64,000 bases of DNA from assembly GCA_016191465.1 (NCBI GenBank), contig JACPOP010000008.1, positions 113,129 to 177,128 on the forward strand, written 5' to 3'. The notes beneath the pieces were generated by a model that was not told the origin of the DNA, ran no database searches, and saw only the letters and a list, made by a program, of their open reading frames with translations. A program made the position numbers and the translations under genes. Below are positions 49,815-58,519 of the stretch, one piece after another; position 1 is the first letter of the stretch; every line of letters starts with the position of its first letter. This DNA is from Chloroflexota bacterium. GTDB taxonomy: Bacteria > Chloroflexota > UBA6077 > CF-72.

Positions 49815-50356
49815 TGCCCGCGGGTGAGCGCGAGAACCCCGCGCAGCCGATCCCGGTCGTTGGCATCGCCATGGGCAGCACGTCCGACCTGCCGACGCTC
49901 CAACCGGCGATCGCGATCCTCGACCAGTTCCGCGTGCCTTTCGAGGTGCGGGTGCTCTCGGCCCACCGCACCCCGGACCGCATGGCGGACTACGCGCGCA
50001 CCGCCTACGAGCGGGGCCTGCGGGTGCTCATTGCTGGAGCTGGCGGGGCGGCGCACCTGCCGGGGATGCTGGCGGCGCACACGCCGATCCCGGTGATTGG
50101 CGTGCCGGTGGCGACGGCATCGGCAACGCTGGGCGGCCTGGATGCGTTGCTATCCATCGTGCAGATGCCGCGGGGGGTGCCGGTGGCAACCGTGGCGATC
50201 GGCGGCGGCGCGAACGCGGGCCTGCTGGCCGTCCAGATCCTGGCAACGGCCCACCCCGCGCTCATGGAGCGGCTGGCAGTCTACAAGCGCGAGCTCTGGG
50301 AAGCCGCCGTCCAGCAAGACGAGGCGCTGCAATCGGACTCCGACGCGCGGGCGTGA
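49814..50356 (+). CDS. purE: N5-CAIR mutase
   Basis: [37 protein letters not shown]. Confidence 0.96.
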   Translation: MPAGERENPAQPIPVVGIAMGSTSDLPTLQPAIAILDQFRVPFEVRVLSAHRTPDRMADYARTAYERGLRVLIAGAGGAAHLPGMLAAHTPIPVIGVPVATASATLGGLDALLSIVQMPRGVPVATVAIGGGANAGLLAVQILATAHPALMERLAVYKRELWEAAVQQDEALQSDSDARA

Positions 50357-50445
50357 TGCTGCCGCGGCAGTCTCCCTCATCCTCCCATCGCGCGGCCGTG
50401 GGCTAGGCACGTGCGCCGCCCGTACCGCGGATCGTGTTCCCCGTC

Positions 50446-50575
50446 GCGTGTTCTCCGCGTGGGCTGGATGTGCGGGCCTGTGGCCCGCCCCACGGCGACG
50501 CGGGAAGCGAGCCGGGACGCCCGCGCACCCAGGCGCATCGCGCTTCGGGGAGGCACCGCGTTCAGGTGGACCTGG
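50446..50575. repeat. About 130-bp interspersed REP-like repeat, copy 2 (inverted relative to copy 1)
   Basis: GGGACGCCCGCGCACCCAGG core and flanks align with the reverse complement of 26209-26336. Confidence 0.8.
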
Positions 50576-50618
50576 CTCAGCTCAGGCTCGGCGCCGGTCC
50601 GCGGGTCCGCGTTGCGAG

Positions 50619-50996
50619 CTATCCGGCCACCGCGACGCTGGTTGAGATGGCACGCAAGGTCAAGCCAAACATGAACAGACAGCCCAGCCCGTAGGCCAGG
50701 GCTGCCCGGTCCCAGCGGCCGGCCAGGTATTGCCGCACCAGCGGAAGCGTGATGATGACCGACGCGCCATACAGGTAGTGGATATCCTCGGGTCGTCTCG
50801 GGCCGAAGAGCACCAGGAACACGCCGACCGCCGCCTGTACGACCGCGAGCCCGAACGCGATGTAGAGCGCGCCTCGATACGAGGAATCCACGGGGCGCTT
50901 CATAAGGCCCAGGACCACGCCCCATACTCCCACCAGTCCAAAGTACAGCCGCATCGCATTCGCGAGCAGCGCGTGTGCCTCAACCATCACCGCCAT
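50619..50996 (-). CDS. Four-TM hypothetical membrane protein
   Basis: 4 hydrophobic helices, IHYLYG motif. Confidence 0.75.
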   Translation of the reverse strand: MAVMVEAHALLANAMRLYFGLVGVWGVVLGLMKRPVDSSYRGALYIAFGLAVVQAAVGVFLVLFGPRRPEDIHYLYGASVIITLPLVRQYLAGRWDRAALAYGLGCLFMFGLTLRAISTSVAVAG

Positions 50997-51012
50997 CCTA
51001 GCGGAGCGCGCA

Positions 51013-51435
51013 TCAATCTGTGTCGTCAGCGGGAAGGAGTCGAAAGGGAAGGCCGCGGGTGGACGTGACAGCGCGGAAGTGCCGCTGGTCGAGCGTCAGT
51101 ACGCTCTGACAGCTGTATCGGTCCGCCAGCACGATGATGGACGCGTCAGCAATGCCAAGCTGCAAGTCAGCGTACTGACGGATGATGCCGGCGGCTGCCG
51201 CGACATCGGCAGCATCAAACGGGGCGAGCTCGTAGGCGCCGCGGCGCAAGTCATCAAGGAGTTTCAACTCTTCCGTCTGGCCAGCGTGGGTCGATACGAG
51301 GTAGTCAAGCTCGGCCAGAACAAAAGGGGACAGGATTCGCCGTTGCGGATGGAGCAATGTCCTGGCCGCCGCCGCATGATGCGCCTGGCGTGGGTCGACG
51401 GCGGCCAGGATGCCGCTCGTGTCAACGAGGATCAC
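51013..51435 (-). CDS. vapC: VapC PIN-domain toxin
   Basis: ILVDTSG, LAELDYL, GIADASI, TLDQRHF. Confidence 0.93.
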   Translation of the reverse strand: MILVDTSGILAAVDPRQAHHAAAARTLLHPQRRILSPFVLAELDYLVSTHAGQTEELKLLDDLRRGAYELAPFDAADVAAAAGIIRQYADLQLGIADASIIVLADRYSCQSVLTLDQRHFRAVTSTRGLPFRLLPADDTD

Positions 51436-51653
51436 GGCCGGCCGAAGCCGGCCAGGTGCGCATCGGCGTGCTCTGCGAACAATGGGTCGTCGCTGACGAA
51501 GATCCCAATGGTGGGGCGCGGCGGAGTCTGATGAGCGATCGCCAGGCGAACGCCTTCACGGATCAAGTCGGCTTCACTGCATCCCCTTTCGCTGGCGGCC
51601 CGTTCGAGTTCGGCCTTGAGGGCATGAGGCAGGTACACCGTTGTCTTCACCAT
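51432..51653 (-). CDS. vapB: VapB ribbon-helix-helix antitoxin
   Basis: KTTVYLP...SEADLIREGV; GTGA overlap with vapC. Confidence 0.9.
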   Translation of the reverse strand: MVKTTVYLPHALKAELERAASERGCSEADLIREGVRLAIAHQTPPRPTIGIFVSDDPLFAEHADAHLAGFGRP

Positions 51654-51850
51654 CGCCTTACATCATGCCATATGTGGGAGACCCAGGACTCCCCGTGGGT
51701 GTGCGGCGTAGTGTTGCGCGTGCTGCGATTGAGGTCGCGGTGCCTCTCGGACGCACCGTGACAGGTGGTGCATGCGGAACATTTTGGGCGGCTAGGCAAA
51801 GGTACGCCGCACACCCCTCCCCGGCACCCTCCAGCGTCGCGGGCGTTCGC

Positions 51851-52201
51851 TCAGAAGAGCGTGGTCTGCTCCAGGTCCTCGGCGGGGATGGTCATCAGGT
51901 TGATCCGTTCCTCTTCGGGCGCGGGCTCAGGGGCCGCTCCCTCGTCCTCGCCCGCGGGCTTGCGCTGGCGCGGCTCGTACGGGCCGATCTCGTTCGGGTA
52001 CAGCAGAGCGCCGTTTGGGTCCAGGGCCAGGCCCTTGTTCGCCGCCCACCGGGGCCACTCGACGCAGGTCTTCGCATGCTCCCGGCGCCAGTCGATCAGC
52101 CGTCCGCCGAGTGCGTGCTCGCTCGAGGCGGTGAAGCCGACCGCCCCGCACAGGCGGCAGTGGGCCGAGATCTCGGTGAAGGGATAGCGCAAGCGGCTCA
52201 C
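51851..52201 (-). CDS. Hypothetical protein with CxxC...HxxxC putative Zn site and acidic tail
   Basis: CRLCG...EHAKTC; start uncertain because it abuts the heptamer repeat. Confidence 0.65.
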   Translation of the reverse strand: MSRLRYPFTEISAHCRLCGAVGFTASSEHALGGRLIDWRREHAKTCVEWPRWAANKGLALDPNGALLYPNEIGPYEPRQRKPAGEDEGAAPEPAPEEERINLMTIPAEDLEQTTLF

Positions 52202-52408
52202 GGACGGAGTTCCAAGTTTCAAGTTTCAAGTTGCGAGTTTCAAGTTGCGAGTTTGGAGTTTGGAGCTTTCGGTTCGTGGCGTCCAGTCACGGGCAGTCCG
52301 CGATCCGGCAATCCGCACTCTCGCCGTCCTGGTCCTGCCAACGCGAAGACACCCACACCTTGGAACTTGGAAATCGCAACTTGAAACTTGGAACTTGAAG
52401 CTCCGTCC
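52202..52408. repeat. MITE-like element: inverted arrays of 7-bp repeats
   Basis: Left (CAAGTTT/CGAGTTT)n, right (AACTTG[GA])n; ends GGACGGAG / CTCCGTCC are complementary. Confidence 0.75.
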
Positions 52409-52547
52409 ACCTCTAACGCTTCTCTAACGCCCGCTCCAACGCTCCTCTTACAGCCCATTGACGACCCTCTCAGTCGGCTCGTGCAGCGCGGATGATCGAT
52501 TGGCTCGATCGCGCGGCACCACCACGTTTGAAGGAGGACCAGCCTCT

Positions 52548-52850
52548 ATGGCTACAACGCTCAAGCCCCTGGGAGATCGCGTCGTCGTGAAGCCCAAGGC
52601 CAAAGAAGACATCACCAAGAGTGGCATCGTGCTGCCGGATACGGCCAGCGAGAAGCCGCAAGAAGGCACCGTCCTGGCGGTCGGCCCCGGCCGCATCATG
52701 GACAACGGGAAGCGCGTGGACCTCGAGGTCAAGACCGGCGACACGGTGCTCTTCGCCAAGTATGCCGGCACGGAAGTCAAGATCGACGGCGACGAGCTGC
52801 TGGTGGTGCGCGAGAGCGACCTGCTGGCGATCGTCGGCAACGGCAAGTAG
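52548..52850 (+). CDS. groES: Co-chaperonin GroES
   Basis: [25 protein letters not shown]; AAGGAGG RBS. Confidence 0.97.
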   Translation: MATTLKPLGDRVVVKPKAKEDITKSGIVLPDTASEKPQEGTVLAVGPGRIMDNGKRVDLEVKTGDTVLFAKYAGTEVKIDGDELLVVRESDLLAIVGNGK

Positions 52851-52892
52851 CGCGCACCGCGCTCGCAAATCTCGGAGGAAGCACTAACTCAC

Positions 52893-54518
52893 ATGGCTGC
52901 TAAAGAACTGGTATTTGACGTCGACGCACGTCGCCAGCTGAAGCTGGGTATTGACGCGCTGGCGAACGCCGTCAAGGTAACCCTCGGCCCCCGCGGCCGG
53001 AACGTCGCCATCGACAAGAAGTGGGGCGCCCCGACCGTTACGCACGACGGCGTGACCGTGGCGAAAGAGATCGAGCTCGAGAACCACTTCCAGAACATGG
53101 GCGCGCAGATGCTCAAGCAGGCCGCGACCAAGACCAATGACGTTGCCGGCGACGGCACCACCACGTCCACGGTTCTTGCCCAGGCAATCGTGACCGAGGG
53201 TCTGCGGAACCTCGCGGCGGGCGCCAACCCGATGCTGATGAAGCGCGGCATTGACGCGGCAACTGCCGCCGTGGCCGAGGAGATCAAGCGCATCGCCACG
53301 CCCGTGAACGGCCAGCAGGACATTGAGCACATCGCCACCGTCTCCGGTGGCGACGAGGAAATCGGCCAGTTGCTCGCCCAGGCGATGGAGAAGGTCGGCA
53401 AGGACGGCGTTATCACGGTCGAAGAGGGCAAGGGCCTGAAGCTAGAGGTGGAATACACCGATGGCATGCAGTTCGACCGCGGCTACATCTCGGCCTACTT
53501 CATCACCGACTCGAACCGCATGGAAGCCGCCATCGACGAGCCGTACCTGCTCATCACGGACAAGAAGATCAGCGCCATTTCGGACATCGTGCCGTTGCTG
53601 GAGAAGCTGGTCCAGACGGGCCGTAAGGAGCTGGTGATTATCGCCGAGGACATCGACGGCGAGGCGCTGTCGACCCTGGTGGTGAACAAGCTGCGCGGCA
53701 TTCTGAACGTGCTCGCCGTCAAGGCCCCTGGCTTCGGCGACCGGCGCAAGGAGATGCTCCGCGACATCGCCACCCTGACCGGCGGCACGGTCATCTCGGA
53801 AGAAGTCGGGAAGAAACTTGACCAGACCGGTTTGACCGACCTGGGCCGCGCCCGCCGGGTCGTGTGCACCAAGGACGACACGACGATCGTGGATGGCGCG
53901 GGCGAAGCGTCCGACATTCAGGGCCGTATCAAGCAGATCAAGGCGCAGATCGAGGAAACCACCTCGGACTACGACCGTGAGAAGCTGCAGGAGCGGCTGG
54001 CGAAGCTGTCTGGCGGCGTTGCCGTCTTCAAGGTTGGCGCGGCCACCGAGGTCGAGCTGAAAGAGAAGAAGGCGCGCGTCGAGGACGCGCTGCACGCCAC
54101 GCGCGCGGCCGTCGAAGAGGGCGTGGTGCCGGGCGGTGGAACTGCCCTGCTGCGCGCGGCATCCGTGCTGGACAACCTGAAGCTCGAAGGCGACCAGAAG
54201 CTGGGCGTTGCCATGCTGCGGCGCGCACTCGAAGAGCCGGTTCGCCAGCTCGTCCGCAACGCGGGCCTTGAGGGCAGCGTGGTGGTCGAGGAGCTGCGTC
54301 GGAGCAAGGACAAGAAGAACTGGGGCTTCGACGTTGTGGCCGAGAAGTACGTGGATCTCCTGGCGGCGGGCATCATTGATCCCGCCAAGGTCACCCGCAC
54401 GGCGCTGGAGAATGCTGCCAGCGTGGCAGGGATGATCATCACCACGGAGGCCTTGATCTCGGACGCCCCTGAGAAAAAGGCTCCCTCCGCGGCTCCGAGC
54501 CCGGACATGTACGACTAA
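52893..54518 (+). CDS. groEL: Chaperonin GroEL
   Basis: [36 protein letters not shown]. Confidence 0.98.
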   Translation: MAAKELVFDVDARRQLKLGIDALANAVKVTLGPRGRNVAIDKKWGAPTVTHDGVTVAKEIELENHFQNMGAQMLKQAATKTNDVAGDGTTTSTVLAQAIVTEGLRNLAAGANPMLMKRGIDAATAAVAEEIKRIATPVNGQQDIEHIATVSGGDEEIGQLLAQAMEKVGKDGVITVEEGKGLKLEVEYTDGMQFDRGYISAYFITDSNRMEAAIDEPYLLITDKKISAISDIVPLLEKLVQTGRKELVIIAEDIDGEALSTLVVNKLRGILNVLAVKAPGFGDRRKEMLRDIATLTGGTVISEEVGKKLDQTGLTDLGRARRVVCTKDDTTIVDGAGEASDIQGRIKQIKAQIEETTSDYDREKLQERLAKLSGGVAVFKVGAATEVELKEKKARVEDALHATRAAVEEGVVPGGGTALLRAASVLDNLKLEGDQKLGVAMLRRALEEPVRQLVRNAGLEGSVVVEELRRSKDKKNWGFDVVAEKYVDLLAAGIIDPAKVTRTALENAASVAGMIITTEALISDAPEKKAPSAAPSPDMYD

Positions 54519-54549
54519 AAGTTCACGGTCCGAGATTCGTCTCGAACGC

Positions 54550-54590
54550 ACGAAGGGCGGGCTCTTGCGAGCCCGCCCTTCGTTGTTTTT
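54550..54590 (+). terminator. Rho-independent terminator of groESL
   Basis: acgaagggcgggctc-ttgc-gagcccgcccttcgt followed by tgttttt. Confidence 0.88.
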
Positions 54591-54629
54591 GCTAATGGGC
54601 GCGCTGCGTATGGGGGTACCGGATCTCGC

Positions 54630-55613
54630 CTATGGGGCTGGTGTTGCAGCAGGGCTCCCGCTAGGGGCCAGCGTGGTGCTCGGTTCCGCCAAGGGAGTTG
54701 CACGAGGGGCGGGCGTGACGCTGGGGCTGGCCGCCACGGTGGCGGTGGGCGTGGTCGTCACCGTGACGGTGGGAGCCGTTGCCGCGGGGGCAGGAGCTCG
54801 GCCATCCTTCTCGCGGTTGTCGTCCCGCCGCTCGTCCCAGCTTTCCTGTGCATACTGGAGGAGCTCCTGGAACTGGCCCATGACGCGGTTCAGCCGCGCT
54901 TCGGCTTCCTTCGGGTCGATCTCATTGACATCTTTAATGCGCTCAAAGGTATCGAGCTCTTTGTTCATCTCGCGCACCAGGCCGCGGACGTTCTCGGGCG
55001 GGTTGGCGTCGTCGTCCACAGGGATCACGTACTGGATCGCACGCGCAACGGTCACACAGCGGGTGCAGTTGGTGTTCAGCGCCACCGCCCGGTTCTGGGG
55101 GACGATGCGCGAAGCGCCGCGTCGATAGACGACGATCTGCGCGGCCACGGCGATCGACTGGCAGTCGGTGCAGCTACTCTCCGCCTCGGCGACGTTTTGA
55201 CTGGTGACCTCCTCGCCTCGAACCGCGGTGAAATCCACATTTCCGCGCGCCCGGAAGCGGCCGTCCTGCTTATTCGAAACCTGGACCACGTTGTTCCCCT
55301 TGCCGCTCGGGACGCGCGCAATGTCAAACTGCTGGGCAACTGGCGTAGCGGCGCCCGCTCCAGCAGCGGGGCTCGGGCCGGCCGCGCCGGGACCAGCCGC
55401 CGGACCTGGTGAAGGCGACGCTCCAACCCCGGGCGGATTCCCCGCCACGGGCGAGCCGACTGGCGACGCCGAGGCCGGTCTGTTCCCTGGGCCCGCGGCC
55501 GTGGGTGTGGACGTGGCACCAGGCGCCGGCGTGCAGGCGCCGAGTACAAGGGCCACCCCCGCGAACAGCCCTGCTGCCAGGATGGCGCGCGGTACACGGG
55601 CAAAGGTGAACAT
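54630..55613 (-). CDS. Lipoprotein with two CxxC-containing beta-hairpin-like repeats
   Basis: Lipobox LGAC (Cys27), P/G/A linker, repeats CTDC and CTRC, helical domain, PT tail; GGAGG RBS. Confidence 0.85.
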   Translation of the reverse strand: MFTFARVPRAILAAGLFAGVALVLGACTPAPGATSTPTAAGPGNRPASASPVGSPVAGNPPGVGASPSPGPAAGPGAAGPSPAAGAGAATPVAQQFDIARVPSGKGNNVVQVSNKQDGRFRARGNVDFTAVRGEEVTSQNVAEAESSCTDCQSIAVAAQIVVYRRGASRIVPQNRAVALNTNCTRCVTVARAIQYVIPVDDDANPPENVRGLVREMNKELDTFERIKDVNEIDPKEAEARLNRVMGQFQELLQYAQESWDERRDDNREKDGRAPAPAATAPTVTVTTTPTATVAASPSVTPAPRATPLAEPSTTLAPSGSPAATPAP

Positions 55614-55633
55614 GGCATTCCTCCAGTGTTCGC

Positions 55634-57709
55634 TTACCGAACAGGGGTCGGTGATGGTGATGGTGATGGTGATGGACGGGGCGTCCGGGTGGGACCGGCC
55701 GTAGCGGTAGCCGTCGGGGGCGGCGTCCCTGCCGTAGGCGTCGCGGTCAACGCGGGAGAGGTGGCAGGCACCGGCCCGGACGGCTGATCTGTCGGACCGG
55801 CGGTCGCGTCCGTAGCGGGTGGGCTGGTCGGTGCCGGAGCCGGAGCCCGAGCGGGCGCACTCGCCAGCGTTGGCCGCGGTGTTGGCGGCGCGGTGGGCGC
55901 GACCACGGGTGCTGGTGCCGGTGCCGGTGCCGGTGCGCCGCCGACGGTGGCGGTTGGCCCACCGCTGCCCGGCGTCGGCGTCGCCGGCGGTGGAGTCGGC
56001 GTGCTGGTGCCGGTCCCGTTGCTTGTACCGGCCGTCTCCGCGGCGACGGCCACCGGGGCGGCCGTCGCGATCCCGGGCGGCTCCGCGGTCGGAGATGTGC
56101 GTTCCGCGCCCGGGTTCGCCTGAGGCGTCGCTGTCGAGACCGGCGGGAGCGGATCACGGCCCGGCGCAACGCCAAACACCTCGCCCACGGTGCCGCGTTC
56201 CTCCGGCTGGAGTGGAACGTACTTGCGGTTCGCATTGACCGTCCCCTGACCCGCGCCCGACGGCGGGTTCTGTGCTGCCCGAGGGTCCGGCGCCCAGGCG
56301 TAGGCGAGCCCGCCCAGCACCACGGCAAGCCCCGCCCCGGCCACCACGCGACGTCCGGTGGATGGCTGGCTCCAGTGCCAGAGGCCCACGAGGATGCGTT
56401 TCCCGAAGCGATACAGCGACAGCAGGATCGCCAGGCTGGGCAATGCCAGACCCAGCAATTGGCCCAGACCGAGCACCGCCTCGCCGACGTTCCCAGAAGC
56501 CAGCCCGCGCGTCAGACTGGCCCCCTGCTGGCTGCCGGAGTCCCACGCGGTCGCCAGGACGCGCGGCGCGCCCCGCAGCATGGTCAGGATGCCCAGGGCC
56601 AGCAGCGGCACGGTGACGAGCGCGTACAGGCTGAAGACCGCTTTGCCCCACCACTTCAGCTCGGGGAGCGCCGGCGCCGGCGCTTCATCTTTGCCAGGCC
56701 GGAGCCGCTTCGCCACAGCGGCGATGCGTGAAAAGAAATCCGGCACGCCAGTCAGGTCCGCCAGGATCCAGTAGCCATCCAGGCGCACGAACGGCATCAA
56801 TTGGCGGATCACGTCCAGGTTCAGCAGGCCCACCACCAGCAGGAGAGGCTCCCAGCGGGTAGCGGCGTACACGCCCATCGCGGCGAGCGCAACCAGCAGG
56901 TGGAAATAGATGCCGCCGAGATCGGTCCGCACCCGGGCCCAGCGCCCCAGACGGTAATTGTCGGAGACGTCGGTGAAGAATGCCGGGTAGACGATGTAGA
57001 AGCCGACGCCCATGGAGCGGGCCCGGCCGCCGCCATAGCGCAGCCCGGCCGCGTGGCCGAGCTCGTGGAAGCCCGCCGCCAGCGCGGTGACGGCAATCAT
57101 CGCCAGCAGCACGCCCGGCACGTACAGCGCCTCGCGCAGGCTGGAAGCAACCCCGTGGATAGCGTACAGCCACACTTCCCCAGCCATGGCCGCGAGGGTG
57201 GCTACCACCAGGACTGGTGGCCAGAACAGGATCTTGACGATGCGGATCAACGGGTCAAGAGTCTTTCCGTCGATGAGCCGGGTCCGCATCTGGATCTGCA
57301 GCATCGAGCGGCTTCCACCCGCTCCGCCGAGCACGCGGCCCTGCGCATCCGGCACCAGGCCGCGTTGCAGAAGCTGCGTCAGGACCAACTGGCGGACGTT
57401 GTCGTCCGTGACGGAACGGCCGGTAGCTTCCGAGACGGACTCGGCAATCGCGGCGTAGTCGCGCTGGCCATCCATTGCCCCGGCAATGCGATACAGCAGC
57501 TCGGTGACCTGGATGTACCCCTCGCCGTTCCGATCCAGCAGCCACGGCGGGTCGACAAAGGCGCTTTCGCGCATTTGCCCGGCCAGGCGAACGCCCTCGG
57601 CAATGCGAGGGCGTTCCGGCAGCGCGGCGGGTATGGAAGCCGTTGGGGCGGCGCCGAACGGCGCCGCCCCAACGGCGGCTGAGCGCGTGGCCCGGGGCCT
57701 AACTGCCAC
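55634..57709 (-). CDS. M50 (site-2) zinc metalloprotease with N-terminal putative PqqD/RRE-like domain and C-terminal Pro/Thr tail
   Basis: FHELGH (HExxH) in a TM, QLMPFVRLDG third-ligand motif; N-terminal YIQVTELLYRIAGAMDGQRDYAAIA..VS...L.QRGL winged helix; start uncertain (GTG 57709 overlapping the upstream stop). Confidence 0.88.
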   Translation of the reverse strand: MAVRPRATRSAAVGAAPFGAAPTASIPAALPERPRIAEGVRLAGQMRESAFVDPPWLLDRNGEGYIQVTELLYRIAGAMDGQRDYAAIAESVSEATGRSVTDDNVRQLVLTQLLQRGLVPDAQGRVLGGAGGSRSMLQIQMRTRLIDGKTLDPLIRIVKILFWPPVLVVATLAAMAGEVWLYAIHGVASSLREALYVPGVLLAMIAVTALAAGFHELGHAAGLRYGGGRARSMGVGFYIVYPAFFTDVSDNYRLGRWARVRTDLGGIYFHLLVALAAMGVYAATRWEPLLLVVGLLNLDVIRQLMPFVRLDGYWILADLTGVPDFFSRIAAVAKRLRPGKDEAPAPALPELKWWGKAVFSLYALVTVPLLALGILTMLRGAPRVLATAWDSGSQQGASLTRGLASGNVGEAVLGLGQLLGLALPSLAILLSLYRFGKRILVGLWHWSQPSTGRRVVAGAGLAVVLGGLAYAWAPDPRAAQNPPSGAGQGTVNANRKYVPLQPEERGTVGEVFGVAPGRDPLPPVSTATPQANPGAERTSPTAEPPGIATAAPVAVAAETAGTSNGTGTSTPTPPPATPTPGSGGPTATVGGAPAPAPAPAPVVAPTAPPTPRPTLASAPARAPAPAPTSPPATDATAGPTDQPSGPVPATSPALTATPTAGTPPPTATATAGPTRTPRPSPSPSPSPTPVR

Positions 57710-58034
57710 CCTGAGCGATGGTCGATGCCTGGTCCGAGGTCGCGGTCGCCGTGCCGTTGAGCGTCTGCTCGATGAGCGACGTCTGCGGGGCCGTGGCAAT
57801 AGACGTGGAGCCAACCGACAGCACGTTGGCGCTCACCGCCGCGTCAATCGGGGCGGCGACGTTGGCGTTGGCTGCCACGGCGGCATTGACCGGTGCGGCT
57901 AAGTCCAGCGCCAGGTTCAGGTCGGCATTGACGTCCAGGAGCGACATGGCTTCACGATCGGGAAGATCGGATGCCTGTTCGGCCTCAAGCTCTTGCGGGC
58001 TCATGCCCCGTTGCTGGGGTTCAGGATTCGACAT
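57699..58034 (-). CDS. LPDREAMS-leader precursor protein 3 (111 aa)
   Basis: AAGGAG RBS; paralog of 58520-58882. Confidence 0.88.
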   Translation of the reverse strand: MSNPEPQQRGMSPQELEAEQASDLPDREAMSLLDVNADLNLALDLAAPVNAAVAANANVAAPIDAAVSANVLSVGSTSIATAPQTSLIEQTLNGTATATSDQASTIAQGGS

Positions 58035-58094
58035 CGAAAAGTGGCTCCTTACTGGGATAGGCGAGTAGGCGGTTGGACCGTGCCACGGGCACGG

Positions 58095-58385
58095 TCAGGG
58101 GGTGTTCGTCGAGGACTGATCCACAATCACTACCTGGCTGGCGGTGGCATCGGCAACGGAATAGTTCGTGTTGACGTTTGATGCCAGGGCCTCGTTGATC
58201 GGCATGGCGAAGTTGGCGATGGGGAACGCCAGGCCGACGTCGATCATTGACATTGCCTCGCGGTCCGGCAGGTCCGTGGTCTGCTCCGCCCCGATCTCCT
58301 CGGGGCTAAGGCCCACGTGCTCGGACGGGGGGGCCGATTCCGGCTCGCGCTCGCGCTCCGGCTGCTGTTCGTCTGTCTCCCGCAT
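58095..58385 (-). CDS. LPDREAMS-leader precursor protein 2 (96 aa)
   Basis: GGAGGTG RBS; LSPEEIGAEQTTDLPDREAMS. Confidence 0.88.
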   Translation of the reverse strand: MRETDEQQPEREREPESAPPSEHVGLSPEEIGAEQTTDLPDREAMSMIDVGLAFPIANFAMPINEALASNVNTNYSVADATASQVVIVDQSSTNTP

Positions 58386-58519
58386 GGGACACCTCCTGGT
58401 TCGAGCTCAGGCAGGAGCATGGGACTCATGTGGGCCACGTGCTGCTACCTGAACGTCGCTGAGAGGGGCGGCACGTCCGTCCGCCCCGCTGTTCCGGCTG
58501 TCGCGTCCGGGTTCGTTCG

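Noticed and set aside
52409-52547. CIRCE element upstream of groES
   Set aside because: No TTAGCACTC-N9-GAGTGCTAA match found.
54470-54518. GroEL lacking a GGM-repeat tail
   Set aside because: Tail variation is common among GroEL proteins; not informative alone.
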